A stretch of DNA of 59,458 nt, filler included, from Sphacelaria rigidula (taxonomy: Eukaryota): assembly GCA_964200075.2 (NCBI GenBank). It is 7 parts of 7 records of this genome, joined end to end, with 100 filler letters (N's around TTAATTAATTAA, not from the genome) between each part and the next. Parts side by side here need not be neighbours in the genome. Positions count along the whole stretch, not along the records: positions 8,510 to 16,918 come from CAXNAA020011240.1; positions 17,019 to 25,426 come from CAXNAA020011241.1; positions 25,527 to 33,934 come from CAXNAA020011242.1; 4 more parts are not named here. One strand, given 5' to 3'. This document shows positions 13,090 to 30,500 of the stretch, piece by piece. Both the position numbers and the translations under genes were made by a program. Each line of letters starts with the position of its first letter. Positions within the stretch are counted from its first letter, which is position 1. The notes under the pieces were generated by a model. The model saw nothing but the letters and a program-made list of their open reading frames with translations, was not told the origin of the DNA and did no database searches.

Positions 13090-15771
13090 GTGCCGGAGTC
13101 CCTGGTGGACAAGCTGCTGCTCTTGGAAGAGGAAGGGACGGGGAAGACCTTGGAGTGCTACGCTGAGAGGTTCGCCGTCGTAGACGGCAACAGATACCTT
13201 GCCGCCTTCCCCAAGGTATGTGCAAAGGATTACGCGGTGTTGTCATCCCATCCATTCTGGACGCCGGTCTACTCCTTTCGGTATATGTCGGCGCATCAGC
13301 CGGGGTCACACAGGAAGGAAGGTCAACACAGGGGCTTCTTTCTTTTTTCTTTGTTTTTAGTAGCCCTCACCTTCCTCCTGCGGTGCTTGCCTTTTATTTT
13401 TTATCGCGAGAGGGGTTCCAGTAGTCCCTTTTCCCTCGTCGACCTTCAAGTCGAATTTTGTGTACCCACGACATCGTCGCTCTCCACTGTTGGGCATTGT
13501 GTGAGAAACGAACCTACGATCCAACCATCAGAAGGTTCCGAGGGTACCAACTGAGCCACCGGGGCGACCGATATTACCATTTCAACTGCATTATTACCAT
13601 TATTATAATAATGGCCATTTATAACTCGTACCATTCCCGAGCTCTAGTTTTTGTGCAATGGATGAGAGTGTGGTTCTCTTCGATGACTTATTTTGTTATT
13701 TTTGGGTAGCTCATGAGCTGTTCGACTTGTAGACAGTTTCCCCTCCACGCGTGAGGTTCCATGCCAAGACGTGACAGCGTGGACGTCCTCATGGGGAAAA
13801 AAACAGGTGAATGAAAACATGCGGCACCTACTGTTTTTGTTTATTTCATTTTTTATTTTTATTTATCGCAATTTGAATAACACCCCTCCCCTTCCTCGAG
13901 ACGACTCCGTGGTCTCAAAGGATCAACCCGTCTCTCCCCGGTACACGCCTTGTTTTTTCGTCCCGCGGATTGGGCCAGCACTACTACCGCACCGCGTCAA
14001 CTCCCGTCAAACAAACTCAGCCACCTCGTTTGTTTACTCACGTTCTCACGCTTTCCACGGTGGAAATCGAATACTACGAAGAAAAACCCAACGCATCGGG
14101 AATCGAACCCTCGTTCTCTCCACCCTTGCGGCGACAGTCGGACCATTACACCACCGGGGAGCGACGGCAGGCTGAGCCCAAGTCATTATCCATGTGACCA
14201 GGGGGGTACCCACCCCTCCAAAAGGGGGTATCCTCCTACTCCGAACCCTCGTTCTCTCCATCCATGCGGCGACAGTCGGACCATTACACCACCGGGGCGC
14301 GGCGGCAGGCTGAGCCCAAGTCATTATCCATGTGACCAGGGGGATACCCACCCCTCCAAAAGGGGGTACCCTCCTACCTCCTCCCCTTTTCCCGTCGCCA
14401 AAAATGAGGTTTTCGGGAATCGGAGACGGTGTTTAACGTATTCTAGTCTATGAGGCCCCTTGCTGAGCCTTGTGTGCTCCACTGGATGATAAGTCAAGGA
14501 TTTACAATGTGATGCTGACAGAGCAATGGGTCTTGGACGGTTAATTGTTTTTTTGTCATGTTCCAGGACCCAGCCGTGGCGATCGCGTTCGAAGAAAGTG
14601 GAGAAGTAGCCCCAGTGCCGATTGCGGATCCGCTGATGGACCGGCTCTTTCCCCTCGCGGAGGCCACCATCAAGGATTGTGGGCCGGGCGTGACGCTCTT
14701 GAGGTATGGATCGTTGCGGCAGACCTTCTGATTTTTCGAAGGATAATCTACCAGGTTTTGACTGGTGACCTCAAAACCTTCTGACGGTTGGGTCATGGGT
14801 TCAAATCTCGGAGCGATCAGGGATTTTTTCTCACATCATGCCCAACAGTGGAGAGCGACTGTGTCGTGGGTACACAAAATTCGACCTCACGGCCGACGAG
14901 GGAAAGGGACTGCTGAACCCCTCTCGCGATAAAAAATGAGAGTAAGCACCGCAAAAGGAAGGTGGAGAACTATCATGAAAAGAAAAAAGAAGAGAGAAAA
15001 AAACTCCGGTGTTGACCTTCCTCCTGTGTGACCCCGGCTGGCGCACCCACATATACCGAAAGGTGGAGAACGGCGTTCAGAATAGATGGGACGACAACAC
15101 ACACACACACACACAGTTGACTCATCATGTCCACGAAGTAACGAGTGTCTTCCCCTCAGCTGAGATTTGTCGTGACCATTTCGTCGACGGAGGTCCTCAC
15201 GGCGTACGACTTCAGTATGGATGACTCTTGAGATCATGTTGTCTCAGTGCGGTCCCAACCCTCACCGCATGTTCAAAATGTTTACATCCTGGACAATATA
15301 TGGTCAATGGATGCAATAGCCGAGAAGTGTACACCATAAAGCATAGGCCTATTGGACCTATTGCCGGCCGACAATAGTCACAAGAGGTCTATACTATACG
15401 CAAAACGTTTCTCGTCCATTGCAACTATTGACCATATATTGTCCAAGGTGTGGAAATGTTGCTTATTTATAGCCCGTCCCCTGCCCATTCCCCATCGGCT
15501 GCACTGGTGTACCCTTTCCTCCAGAACACCTGTATCGCTCACGGTTCGGGGTTTGGACGTCCAGGAAGGGGATCCGGAGTCGGGAGATTTTGATTTGGAT
15601 GATGACGATGACGATAAAGATGAGGTGTTTGTCAAGGGCAGGGAAGAAGATGAGGAGGAAGATGAAGATGAAGAGGACGATGATGATGATGATGATGATG
15701 ACGACTATGATGATGGTGAACAGGAATTTGATGAGGTGGAATTGCTGGGAGAGTTGACATTGGAAGATGAG
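13090..15771 (+). CDS. DUF3727-like protein with a long acidic tract, three internal exons (partial)
   Basis: In-phase GT-AG exons 13090-13215 (VPESLVDKLLLLEEEGTGKTLECYAERFAVVDGNRYLAAFPK), 14567-14703 (DPAVAIAFEESG...LFPLAEATIKDCGPGVTLL) and 15525-15771 (RTPVSLTVRG...poly-D/E...VELLGELTLEDE). The G.TL.CY, Y....P.D..V and RT...LTV.G pattern recalls the cyanobacterial/plastid DUF3727 family (from memory, not searched). Confidence 0.7.
13240..13570 (-). mobile_element. tRNA-derived SINE family 2
   Basis: Minus-strand head cggtcgccccggTGGCTCAGTTGGtaccctcggaaccttctgatggttggatcgtaGGTTCG (A box and B-box-like). Body matches 14750-15115 in the opposite orientation. Confidence 0.8.
13840..14168 (-). 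mobile_element. tRNA-derived SINE family 1
   Basis: Minus-strand head with A box TGGTGTAATGG and B box GGTTCGATTCC, and an A-rich tail. Full-length match to 43784-44108. Confidence 0.85.
14104..14380. repeat. 138-bp tandem duplication of the SINE head plus its flank
   Basis: cgaaccctcgttctctcca...cctcctac occurs at 14104 and again at 14242. Confidence 0.9.
14750..15115 (+). mobile_element. tRNA-derived SINE family 2 with (CA)n tail
   Basis: aaccttctgacggttgggtcatGGGTTCAAATCtc B box. Body is reverse-complementary to 13240-13570 and ends cagaatagatgggacgacaa(ca)n. Confidence 0.8.
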
Positions 15772-16269
15772 GTGAGACTTGACTTTTCTGTATTTGTCGC
15801 TTTTGTTTTTGTGATTTTTTTTCCGATTTTTTTTTATGATTTTTTCCTCCGATTTTTCCTCTATTTTTTTTTAATGATTTTCTGTATTTGTTCGTGTGTG
15901 TTTCTCAGACCCATTGCTGTCTTCTGTGCGTCGAAACAAAACGTCTTGTTCGTTTTATCGTGTCGTTGGTCATTTTCGGAATACCGCGGTCCGCCTTTTT
16001 GGGCGGGGTGTCGCGGCACCGTCGTAAGCAACGTATTGTTACCTTTTTCTCACGGTGAGTAGCGTCACGAAAGTATCATGGTTGTAGCAGCATGCATGCG
16101 TGTAGGCTTCCGCGTAGTGCGCTATGCTACAGTGCTACTTGGGGTGTACATACGAGCCACTAGATGTTCGCGCACGAAGCGCGCACGAATACAGTGTTCT
16201 AGCATGACGTACGGTGAGATTCCCCCATGAGGTTGTTTTGCTGTCTCTGGAAGTGACGATTGTCATTAT

Positions 16270-16680
16270 TATTATTTTTTATGTATTTTTTCCGCCACAT
16301 TAGCTCGATCTCTCGAACTCGTGGTCACAGAGTGCAAGGAGCATACCACCCATACCCATAATCCAAAACAGCCCGCAGGAGAAGGCGAGAAACAAAACAT
16401 CTACACAGCGATACCAGAAAATAAAGCAACTCATCGTAGGCTGTTATCCAAATGCAAGATAATCAGTAGGCTTCGGGCCGAATAATCTTAGCAGGATGCA
16501 GCTCGCCCACCCTTCATGCGACTCGCCGAACACACCACGGCGCTTCGCGCTTGATGATTTGAGTGCGAGCCTGGTCCGGCGGTTTAAAACCCGGCGTGCT
16601 CCGCCTAGGCTTTGTAGGGTTGCGAGGTCGATGGCCTGATGACTATGGCATGCATGTTGACGAGTATCCCCCCCCCCCCG
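16270..16680 (-). mobile_element. Non-autonomous retroposon-like element with an RTE-like 3' tail
   Basis: Body shared with 106-350. The end at 16288-16331 resembles the LINE 3' ends at 33841 and 34400 and is followed by an A-rich tail on the minus strand. Confidence 0.6.
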
Positions 16681-17929
16681 CCCGTGCGCCGAGCTTCTGT
16701 TGTATTGTATGGAAAAAATGTAACGAGAACCCAAATGTTGGAGATGTCTCTACTAGGAGTAGAAACAGTGCTCCGTCTCGAAAAACGCATGCATATGGTC
16801 AGATAACTAAGACAAGCAAAAAATTAGTACGCCCCCCCCCCGCCAACCCACCCCCCCCCCCCCGCCCCTCCCCCCCCCACCCACCCTTTCCGTTCGCGTC
16901 TTCCCCGCTGGTCCTTTTNNNNNNNNNNNNNNNNNNNNNNNNNNNNNNNNNNNNNNNNNNNNTTAATTAATTAANNNNNNNNNNNNNNNNNNNNNNNNNN
17001 NNNNNNNNNNNNNNNNNNCTCAGAACGTGTGTGCAAAATTTCATGGTCTAACTCGAAGAAACGGCGTGAGGAAATTGCAAAACATGCGCTGAAGTAGAAA
17101 AAGTCTGCATTTACAAGATTCAAGTACAGCATCGCCCTTTTGGGAGGTTGTTTCCACGGTAAAAGACCTGGCCGATTCAGTTTTTCGAGTTGAGCAACGA
17201 AAATTGATACACATGTTCCTTGGGATACCACCTAACCCTAAGATGTCACAATTTCGGTGTTGGGGCATTCTGTACCGGTTTCCTGGGGTCTTTATGCTGG
17301 GACCCCCGGAAGCCGGTAGAGAACGGAGAAACTTTGAAATCTTGCCAACAAAATAATTTTTTCTTTTGGAGCATCAATACCTACGGAACTGCCAAACTTG
17401 AGGATGATCTGAACTTTTCTCCAACAGATAAAAGGGAAATCGTCACGGGGCTCCGTGGGTCTTTCGTATCATGAGTAGAAATTAGACGACGCCAAAGCTC
17501 CATATCACCGAAACATTACGGTTTGGGGGGAAATTCGACCCCGTTGGAACCATTTTCAACTCTGTTTCTCCCGTTAGATTTCCAAGCTGATGGAGGTTAC
17601 TACGATTTGAACCATGTGGATATTCGGTGGAAATTGGGCTTGGAGTTCGTGTTTTTCAATTTCGGAACAATTTGAAAAGCGCTGATTGGTCGAGACATAT
17701 TTTTGTCCATAGCGCCACCGCTATAGCCTTGAACAAAAATCCGGCTATGTCATCCTTTTTTTCTGTTCATTGCGGTCAGTATGATACCACATTTGTGCAT
17801 ATTGGCTGGGTATTGCGTTCGTCATCAGCCGGGGTCAAATTTTTGTGCGTCCACTCTGAAACAGCCTGTAGCCCATGACAATTACAGTAGATGAAGATGA
17901 CTCGTTATCAATGAAAATCGTATACCGCA

Positions 17930-19430
17930 AAAGATTCTGGGATTTACATATCGATAGCCATTGCCATCATCAGTAGATTCGAAGGACTATCAGTCGATAG
18001 TCATTGCCGTCATCAATAGATTAGGTGAGCCATTCATCAATACCAATTACTGTCATCAATAGATTTGGTGAGCCATCTTTCGGTAGCCTCTGGCGACAAC
18101 AAAGCATTTTTTGGGTATCTATCAATATGGTCATTACCGTCAACAATCGGTTGTTCTCGGGAGCATTTATCGATAGCCAGAGACGCCAACGAGAGGTTTT
18201 CATCAACATACTACTCACTGCAGCGGTCTTACGACATCAACGGCAATACCCCTCACACATGAACACGCAACTACCTGACGCGATAGCTGGCTACAGCTTT
18301 ATGGAATAAGGTGGAAATATTCACCGAAAAATGTGCGTACGTGGCTAGTGACTGATATCATTCAGCTACTTTTTTGGTCAGCATTATATATTGGTGGCCG
18401 CGATTCAGATGATATTGTGACCCTCAACAGGCATTGGTGGACACAATTTAGATCTTTTTGTGGCCAGCAATATGTACTGGTGGCCGCGTGGCAGATTCTT
18501 CTTGTGATCAACGATGGACATTGGTGTCTGCAATTCAGAGCTTATTGCAACAAATAAAATGCATCGATAGACAACTTGGCCCCTCCATTGTCACGGCAAT
18601 GATGCATTCTGTTGCTTGTCCCGAATCTATTGCCGCCTACAAAAGGTATCGATAGACGTTGATGCCAGTCGATTATGACCGACAATGAACATTAGTTCAA
18701 ACTTTCGGGGCTATTGTAGCGCCACTGTTCTGTTACATTGTCTTTTGTCCAGGGTATAAGCACATGTCACCACACACAAAATACTGTAAATGCTCATGTC
18801 CATCAGAAGGACAACCATAAGTACCAGCACCACACCAACAACAGAACTTGCCAACTTTTGTCCACATACTTTGCGGACTACTACAAAACAAGCGTTCCAA
18901 AATCTTAGGAACGTGACGTCATATATTCGTGAGTAGTAGCATAATATACCCACTGCATACCGTACTTTAACGGAGTATAATATGCTCTACACGTAGTATG
19001 TTGCGATATAGGTGTGACAATAGACGACAGAGAATATCCATCAATAGGCGTTGTATACCACAGTAGATTCCGGCATGTATCTATCGATATTCATTGCCTT
19101 CATGCATAGATTTTGTACGCATTCTGTCAATAGCGATTGCCGTCATCATTAGATTTGGCACGCGGTCTATCAAAAGCCACTACCGTGATCAGTATATTTG
19201 AAAGACTATCCATCAATACATTTGGTCGGCCGTCATAGATTTCGGTGTGGGGCTACAACAGACTGCTGCCCGGACAAGAGTGTGGGAAACTGGTCCATCG
19301 ATAAACATTGCCGACGACAATAAAAACAGAAACTTGCCGATCGATGGCCATTATGGGCGACAATATTGGCATCTACCGCAGCAGATTCTGTTGCTATTGC
19401 AATAGATGCCGTCTATTGTCCAGGGTGTAT
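17930..19430. repeat. Degenerate ~40-bp repeat clusters (gccgtcatcaatagatttgg-like) in DLD intron 5
   Basis: Recurrent catcaatagatt / atcgatagcc / ttgccgtcatc motifs at ~17950-18190 and ~19040-19350. Confidence 0.5.
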
Positions 19431-19576
19431 AAATACACCCCTCAACGGTAAATACCTTTCCGCGACTATCGCACATTTCGCACAGCATGGCAGTTTTTAC
19501 GGTGAACAACGACCATACGCAAGGGACAACGACATCAACCAGAGTGCGGAGCCGTATATTGTACCCAGCTGCGTAC

Positions 19577-25184
<5,608 letters not shown>

Positions 25185-26310
25185 GATATCGGACTGGCGA
25201 GTCTTTCCTTTGTCTTGTATTTGCTGTGTGGGAAGAGCGATCGTCGGGAAAGGACAATGGCGGATGAAGTACTGTGTGTACTCCAAGGGGCCCTACAGAC
25301 TGGAAAACGGTTTATACCCCCCCCCCCCGGGGGGGGTGGTCGAGAATGAGGAAAATCGAAAAATGGCGTCCACAAACCCGTTTCTCCCTGTTTCTTCGCT
25401 AGAACGCGGAATTGAATGGTACCTTCNNNNNNNNNNNNNNNNNNNNNNNNNNNNNNNNNNNNNNNNNNNNTTAATTAATTAANNNNNNNNNNNNNNNNNN
25501 NNNNNNNNNNNNNNNNNNNNNNNNNNAAACACAGTACAGTAGCAATACGAAAACAAATGACACAGGCACGTGCTGTAGCTCTAACAAAAAACCGAGCTAT
25601 TGTGCACACGCAGAAAAAAACAGAAAAGAAAACGATCAATATTTAGCGGAGATATGAACGATTAAAAAAACTTGTATCTTAATTGGCTCTGTATCTTAAT
25701 TGGTACATTTCCCTCCAGACGACAGCAACTGCCTTGTGTCCAAGTGCCCCTTGGAGCAAGATGCGTTTGGTTTTTGTTTGCAAAGTTTTGCTCAGAAAAC
25801 CGAAATCAGTGGGGCTTTTAGAGTGGAAAAATGTAGCAAAAAACGAGTCCCAAAAATGGAGTCGCAAAAAACCGGTTAGCCGAATGTTTTACCCGGAGCA
25901 AGAACCAAATTCACCAAGTGAAATTTGAACAGTGCGGTCAGTGGTGCAGCACGGTACATCGTTACCCACTAGCGCCGGCGAAGCCCACCATATACTGCCA
26001 CGAGTTTTTTTAAGGCAGCGACATACGTACGTTGAAGTGCAGCATAGAGTACTGCGGTACATATTTTACCGATTTTAATGCTTGAAGTTAACTCCTCGTG
26101 ACTACGAGCTGGGCCAACCAAGAGTTCCTGCTGGCCGTTGAACTGCCCTGCTTAATTGTGGGAGTTACAGGAGCTAAAATTTTGACACGAGACAAATATA
26201 ATCAACACGCGGAAAGTAGTGGGAGCAATCAAGAAGAAGAGAAACCCATCGAGTTACAGCGATTTGAAATGCTTGAAAAACAAACTATCATACACTCTGA
26301 CTCGATGATG

Positions 26311-26425
26311 TAAAAAACCCTCCTGGGTTGGCTTCCCTGTGTAACCCCGGGGCTGAATCGCCCACATATACCCAGATGTGTAGACTGGCATCCAGAATAG
26401 ATGGGATGATAACACAACACACAGA
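26311..26425 (+). mobile_element. SINE family 2, 3' fragment
   Basis: cctgtgtaaccccgg...cccacatatacc...cagaatagatgggatgataacacaacacac matches 15020-15110. Confidence 0.7.
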
Positions 26426-27565
26426 CGCGGAATGTCCTGGCAAATTTGACCTCAAACTCCTGAAATTGGGGAGAGCATTCCACTTTCTGCAACAGCGCTG
26501 CATCTCGAATTGTACCTGCGGTGTAAGAGAAGTCCGCAACGGCGGAAGGTCACGAGTTGAAATCCCGACGACTCTTCGTTCTGACAGAATCTGGTTCCGT
26601 CGTTGAGGCCGTACATCATGCAGTGTGTTTTGCATTCTTCAGTTTTTTTGCGGCAGAGCGTGTCAAAGGCAGGTTGATCTGCAGCTCATAGCTATACTCT
26701 TGCATCAGCTCGGGAAGCTCAGAAAGACACTTCCCTCATCTGCTGCGCTGCAAATGTGCTGCACCGCGTTGAGATGTGTCAAAATATTCCCTTCGCCTTC
26801 AAAATGCCTCCTTCGCCCTCACTTATTTCGCACCCTGCATAACTAAAGCTAAGTAAGTAGGAAATGAAAAACTTGTGCAACCATATGCATGTAACCAACT
26901 ACCCGTGCAGAAGTTCACAGCATAAAAAAACGCGCCTAGACTATACTATCCTGTTGATTACAGCAGAGCTGTGTGATGCGCAAGCAGCAATAGCGGCCTC
27001 AGCGCTGCGTTATCACAGGTTGTATCGCGCACGTTGTGCATTAAACGCGGCACAGTACTCTTCTTGACTCTGGTGAGTGCCGCATTCGCTCTTCGTAAGG
27101 GGTTGCCGAGGTGGTACCAAGTCGAAGTTATGGAACTGCAGAAGTGTATTGAAACGCCTGCAGCATATATATATATATATATATTGGTAGCAATATTCGA
27201 CGTATTCGACTGCCCGTTATTTGCGTGTAAGCAAAATATGGTTCGAGCAACACAATACTTTGCACTCTGATGTGTACAGACATACGGGCGGGGTAACGTA
27301 TTATGAAGGCAGCAACATAACATGTTGACAAGGAGAGGTTACTCAAAATATACGTTGAAGGTTGCAAGGGAAATAAGCTGCAAGTTGCCTAGCTGCAACT
27401 TGCCTTGGCACCGTCGTTTATTATGGATTTCGAAAGGGTATATTATCATAATTCACGTACTACTAGTGTAAAGCGAACACATTTATTTAAGAAGTTATGG
27501 AGCACTTGAGCTACCCTACCCAGCCATCACTGCGACACCGCAGGCCCAAGATGGAACAAGGCGCG

Positions 27566-30500
27566 CTAATCGGTCGTGGTGCTTGTAGACGCTCGTGATG
27601 CCCTGATCTCGGCTCGGAGCACGTGTTTCTGGATTTTACCTGCGTGAGAGGAGGAGGGCGGCACAAGCGGCGTTAGGTCACGAGAGTACCTGACACCCAT
27701 CGCTAACTGTTTTTCGGGGAGAATGGAGCTTTGCATCAACCTAGTCAACTACGGTCAGAACGAAGCTCTGACCGTATCCCCAGGCTAATCCCCACACCTC
27801 TTGAACGTAGTGTGTGTTGGTAGGGCGCCACACGGGCTAAAATCGACCAACTGCGTGGTACTGCTGCGCGGCGTGCGGTCGTATCAAACACGGGATTTTA
27901 CAAGTTGGGGGGGGATCTTCGATGGAGGATAAGAAACCCGGAGAAAAAAATCTTCGTATCTACACCAAATCTTCGAAATTTAGGTCCTTTATTCACTTGC
28001 TGGTAGCCATTGATAAATTCTACACGCCATACGAATTCGGATCTCGATAACCGACATGTTGGGGTCCTAGGTAAAGAATATTTTTGGGGACTACCGGCGA
28101 TCTGATCGGATCATCTAAATTCCCCGAAACTATGTTTCCATCTATGACCCCAACATATCGGTTATCAGGATCCAAATCTGCATGGCATGTAGTCGTTGTC
28201 AGTAGCTACCAGGGGGTGGAGGAGTGGAACTATATTTCGAAGATTTGGTCTGGATAAGAAGATTTTAATTCTGCGGATTCTCATCCTCAATAAAAAATCC
28301 ATCCCCAATCGTAAAGTCTCGTGTCATCACGTTCGAGCGGTCGACTTCCGTAAAAAATCGAGTCTGCGAGGTTCCACCGTATCCAATCCTACCCTACCCC
28401 TTCGGCATGGATGTAGAAACGGACACATCTACGACTGTAGAAACACGGATTGGGGTTCACATTTCGACGTCAAATCCACAAACAAGTTGTGAAACACGGT
28501 ATTGAGATGTGGGTGCTACCATCAAGCTTGGGTTTCACTTGTTGACGTAAAATTCACAAGGTAAAATGTACAAAATATTGAGATGTGGGTGCTCCTATCA
28601 ATGGCCGGGCAGGTTAAACAAAATGCATGTAAAGCTGTGACTCGGGGGCCATCCTGATCCCAAGCTCGCAGACACATCATAAGACTGAACTGCAGCATAA
28701 AAACAGCGGAGGAGCATTTATCTGCATGAAGAGGAAATCATATGGCTCACCCGTGGCAGTCTTGGGCAATTCTCGGAATACCACTTCCTTGGGGCATTTG
28801 AATCCCGCCAGCCCTCGTCGAGCGTGCTTGATGATATCTTGGGGCGATACCTGATAACCGGTGTAATGATCGCAAGACGAAATAATCGCTTCTGTAAGTG
28901 GGGAGCCTTTTTTTTGACAATTTGGGCACGAACAGACGGATTTCATGTTGGGAGGCTTTGGAAGGCCGAAACAAAGTCGCTGCGGGAATCCATGGACTCG
29001 TCGACAACACAAGCGGATCCATTCACTGCAAACAGACATCCTTTCCTTTTTCGAATGACGATTTCATGTTGTCAGAGTGCTGGCCTCTGAAATCACTGCA
29101 GAGCGCCGTCAACCGGATATACCTTCCAAGTTCAAGGGGCGGGGCCAGTGCGGTGGTACATTGGTACAGCACGCGGCCGTCTTCTTGCAAGCGAGCGATG
29201 GTTGTGTGCGTTGTACGAAAGCAGAAGATCGCCAGAAGGCTTTACCTAGGGGTTTACATAATCTCGAGCGGGCTAAGGACACCATAATATACGCGCCAGT
29301 TTAATACTGCTTGTTGGTGATGCAAACTTTGGCCCTTGTGGTGGATCGTTCCAAGACAAACGATCGCGTTCCGTCGAGAATGCTCATTCTGCTTATGCGG
29401 TTTATGGTCTGTGTTGCGTGTGATTTGCCGAGCTGGTTGAGGTTTACGGCATCACTTCTGTCGCGGAGGAGCAGGGCGTGATTCGGGCACAGATGGATGT
29501 GCGCTGCGCCACCGTAAGCCGAAGTCGAGGCGAGCATTCTAGACTCGCCGGATCATGGAAATACAAACGTTCGTTTTGTCCACGTATTTTTGTGTTGGTC
29601 AAGCTTAACGCACAGATCAGATGTGAGCTAACATGGGGAAATTACTTCAATCTCTTCAAGTGGAGGTTGGGCCGTGTCTCTACATTCTGCTCCTTCCCCA
29701 CGAGCTTTCAAAGTCTCGACTATACACGTACACCGCTGTCGTTTTTCACGTTCCAACGGTGTTGATCGGTGTGTCTGGTTCTTTCAACAACCACCCGCCA
29801 CGCTGTCAACTACTGCTTGAGTGTATGGTATATTATATGACGAGAGTAGGAGAAACTGACAAAGAAACACCTCTTGAGGCGTGTCAACAGCTATTCTTCA
29901 CATGCATACTCCTATTGTTAAGCAATCGTTTCATTCATGACACCTGTATTGGGCTCCACGAACATAATGATGATGCAAACTTTTGTTAATGCTGTGAAGG
30001 AGCTGAATAATGGGGCGTTTTGTTCTTTTGAGGGACTTTCCCACAGAGCTCATACCACACCATATCATGTTATGGGGCAGCCTTTAACGCGGTGGTCTAT
30101 CACACACAGCCAGGGTACTGATGCGGAACCTAAGTCATCAGAAGGCGTGCTGAAGTGTCATATCTCTTGTTGATATCGATACCATAGAGGTTTGGTGGTG
30201 TGCACAAAATCAGAGCAACATGGGATTTAAGGCAAGGTTATGCTGCCTAGGCCGGTCTGTTCCTCACCTTCATCGCCCGTGTCACATCCATGCATTTAGT
30301 CGGATGCTACGGTAGGGGTGCACAAATATTTTTCCGAGGTTAGAATTATTAGGAGCCCTGTATCTCATCCGAAACACGACTTATAAAATATGTGAGAATA
30401 CGCCAGGATTACTAGTCCAGTGTGCTGGGGATATCCCGAATGAATTGGCAAACGGGGATACCCTGATCCATTTCTTGTGCGGATTAAAAATCGTTGGGAA

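Noticed and set aside
14095..14168. tRNA genes (also 13500-13570, 14755-14815, 43784-43860)
   Set aside because: A/B boxes are present but no convincing cloverleaf. Each is attached to a shared body and tail, so these are SINE heads.
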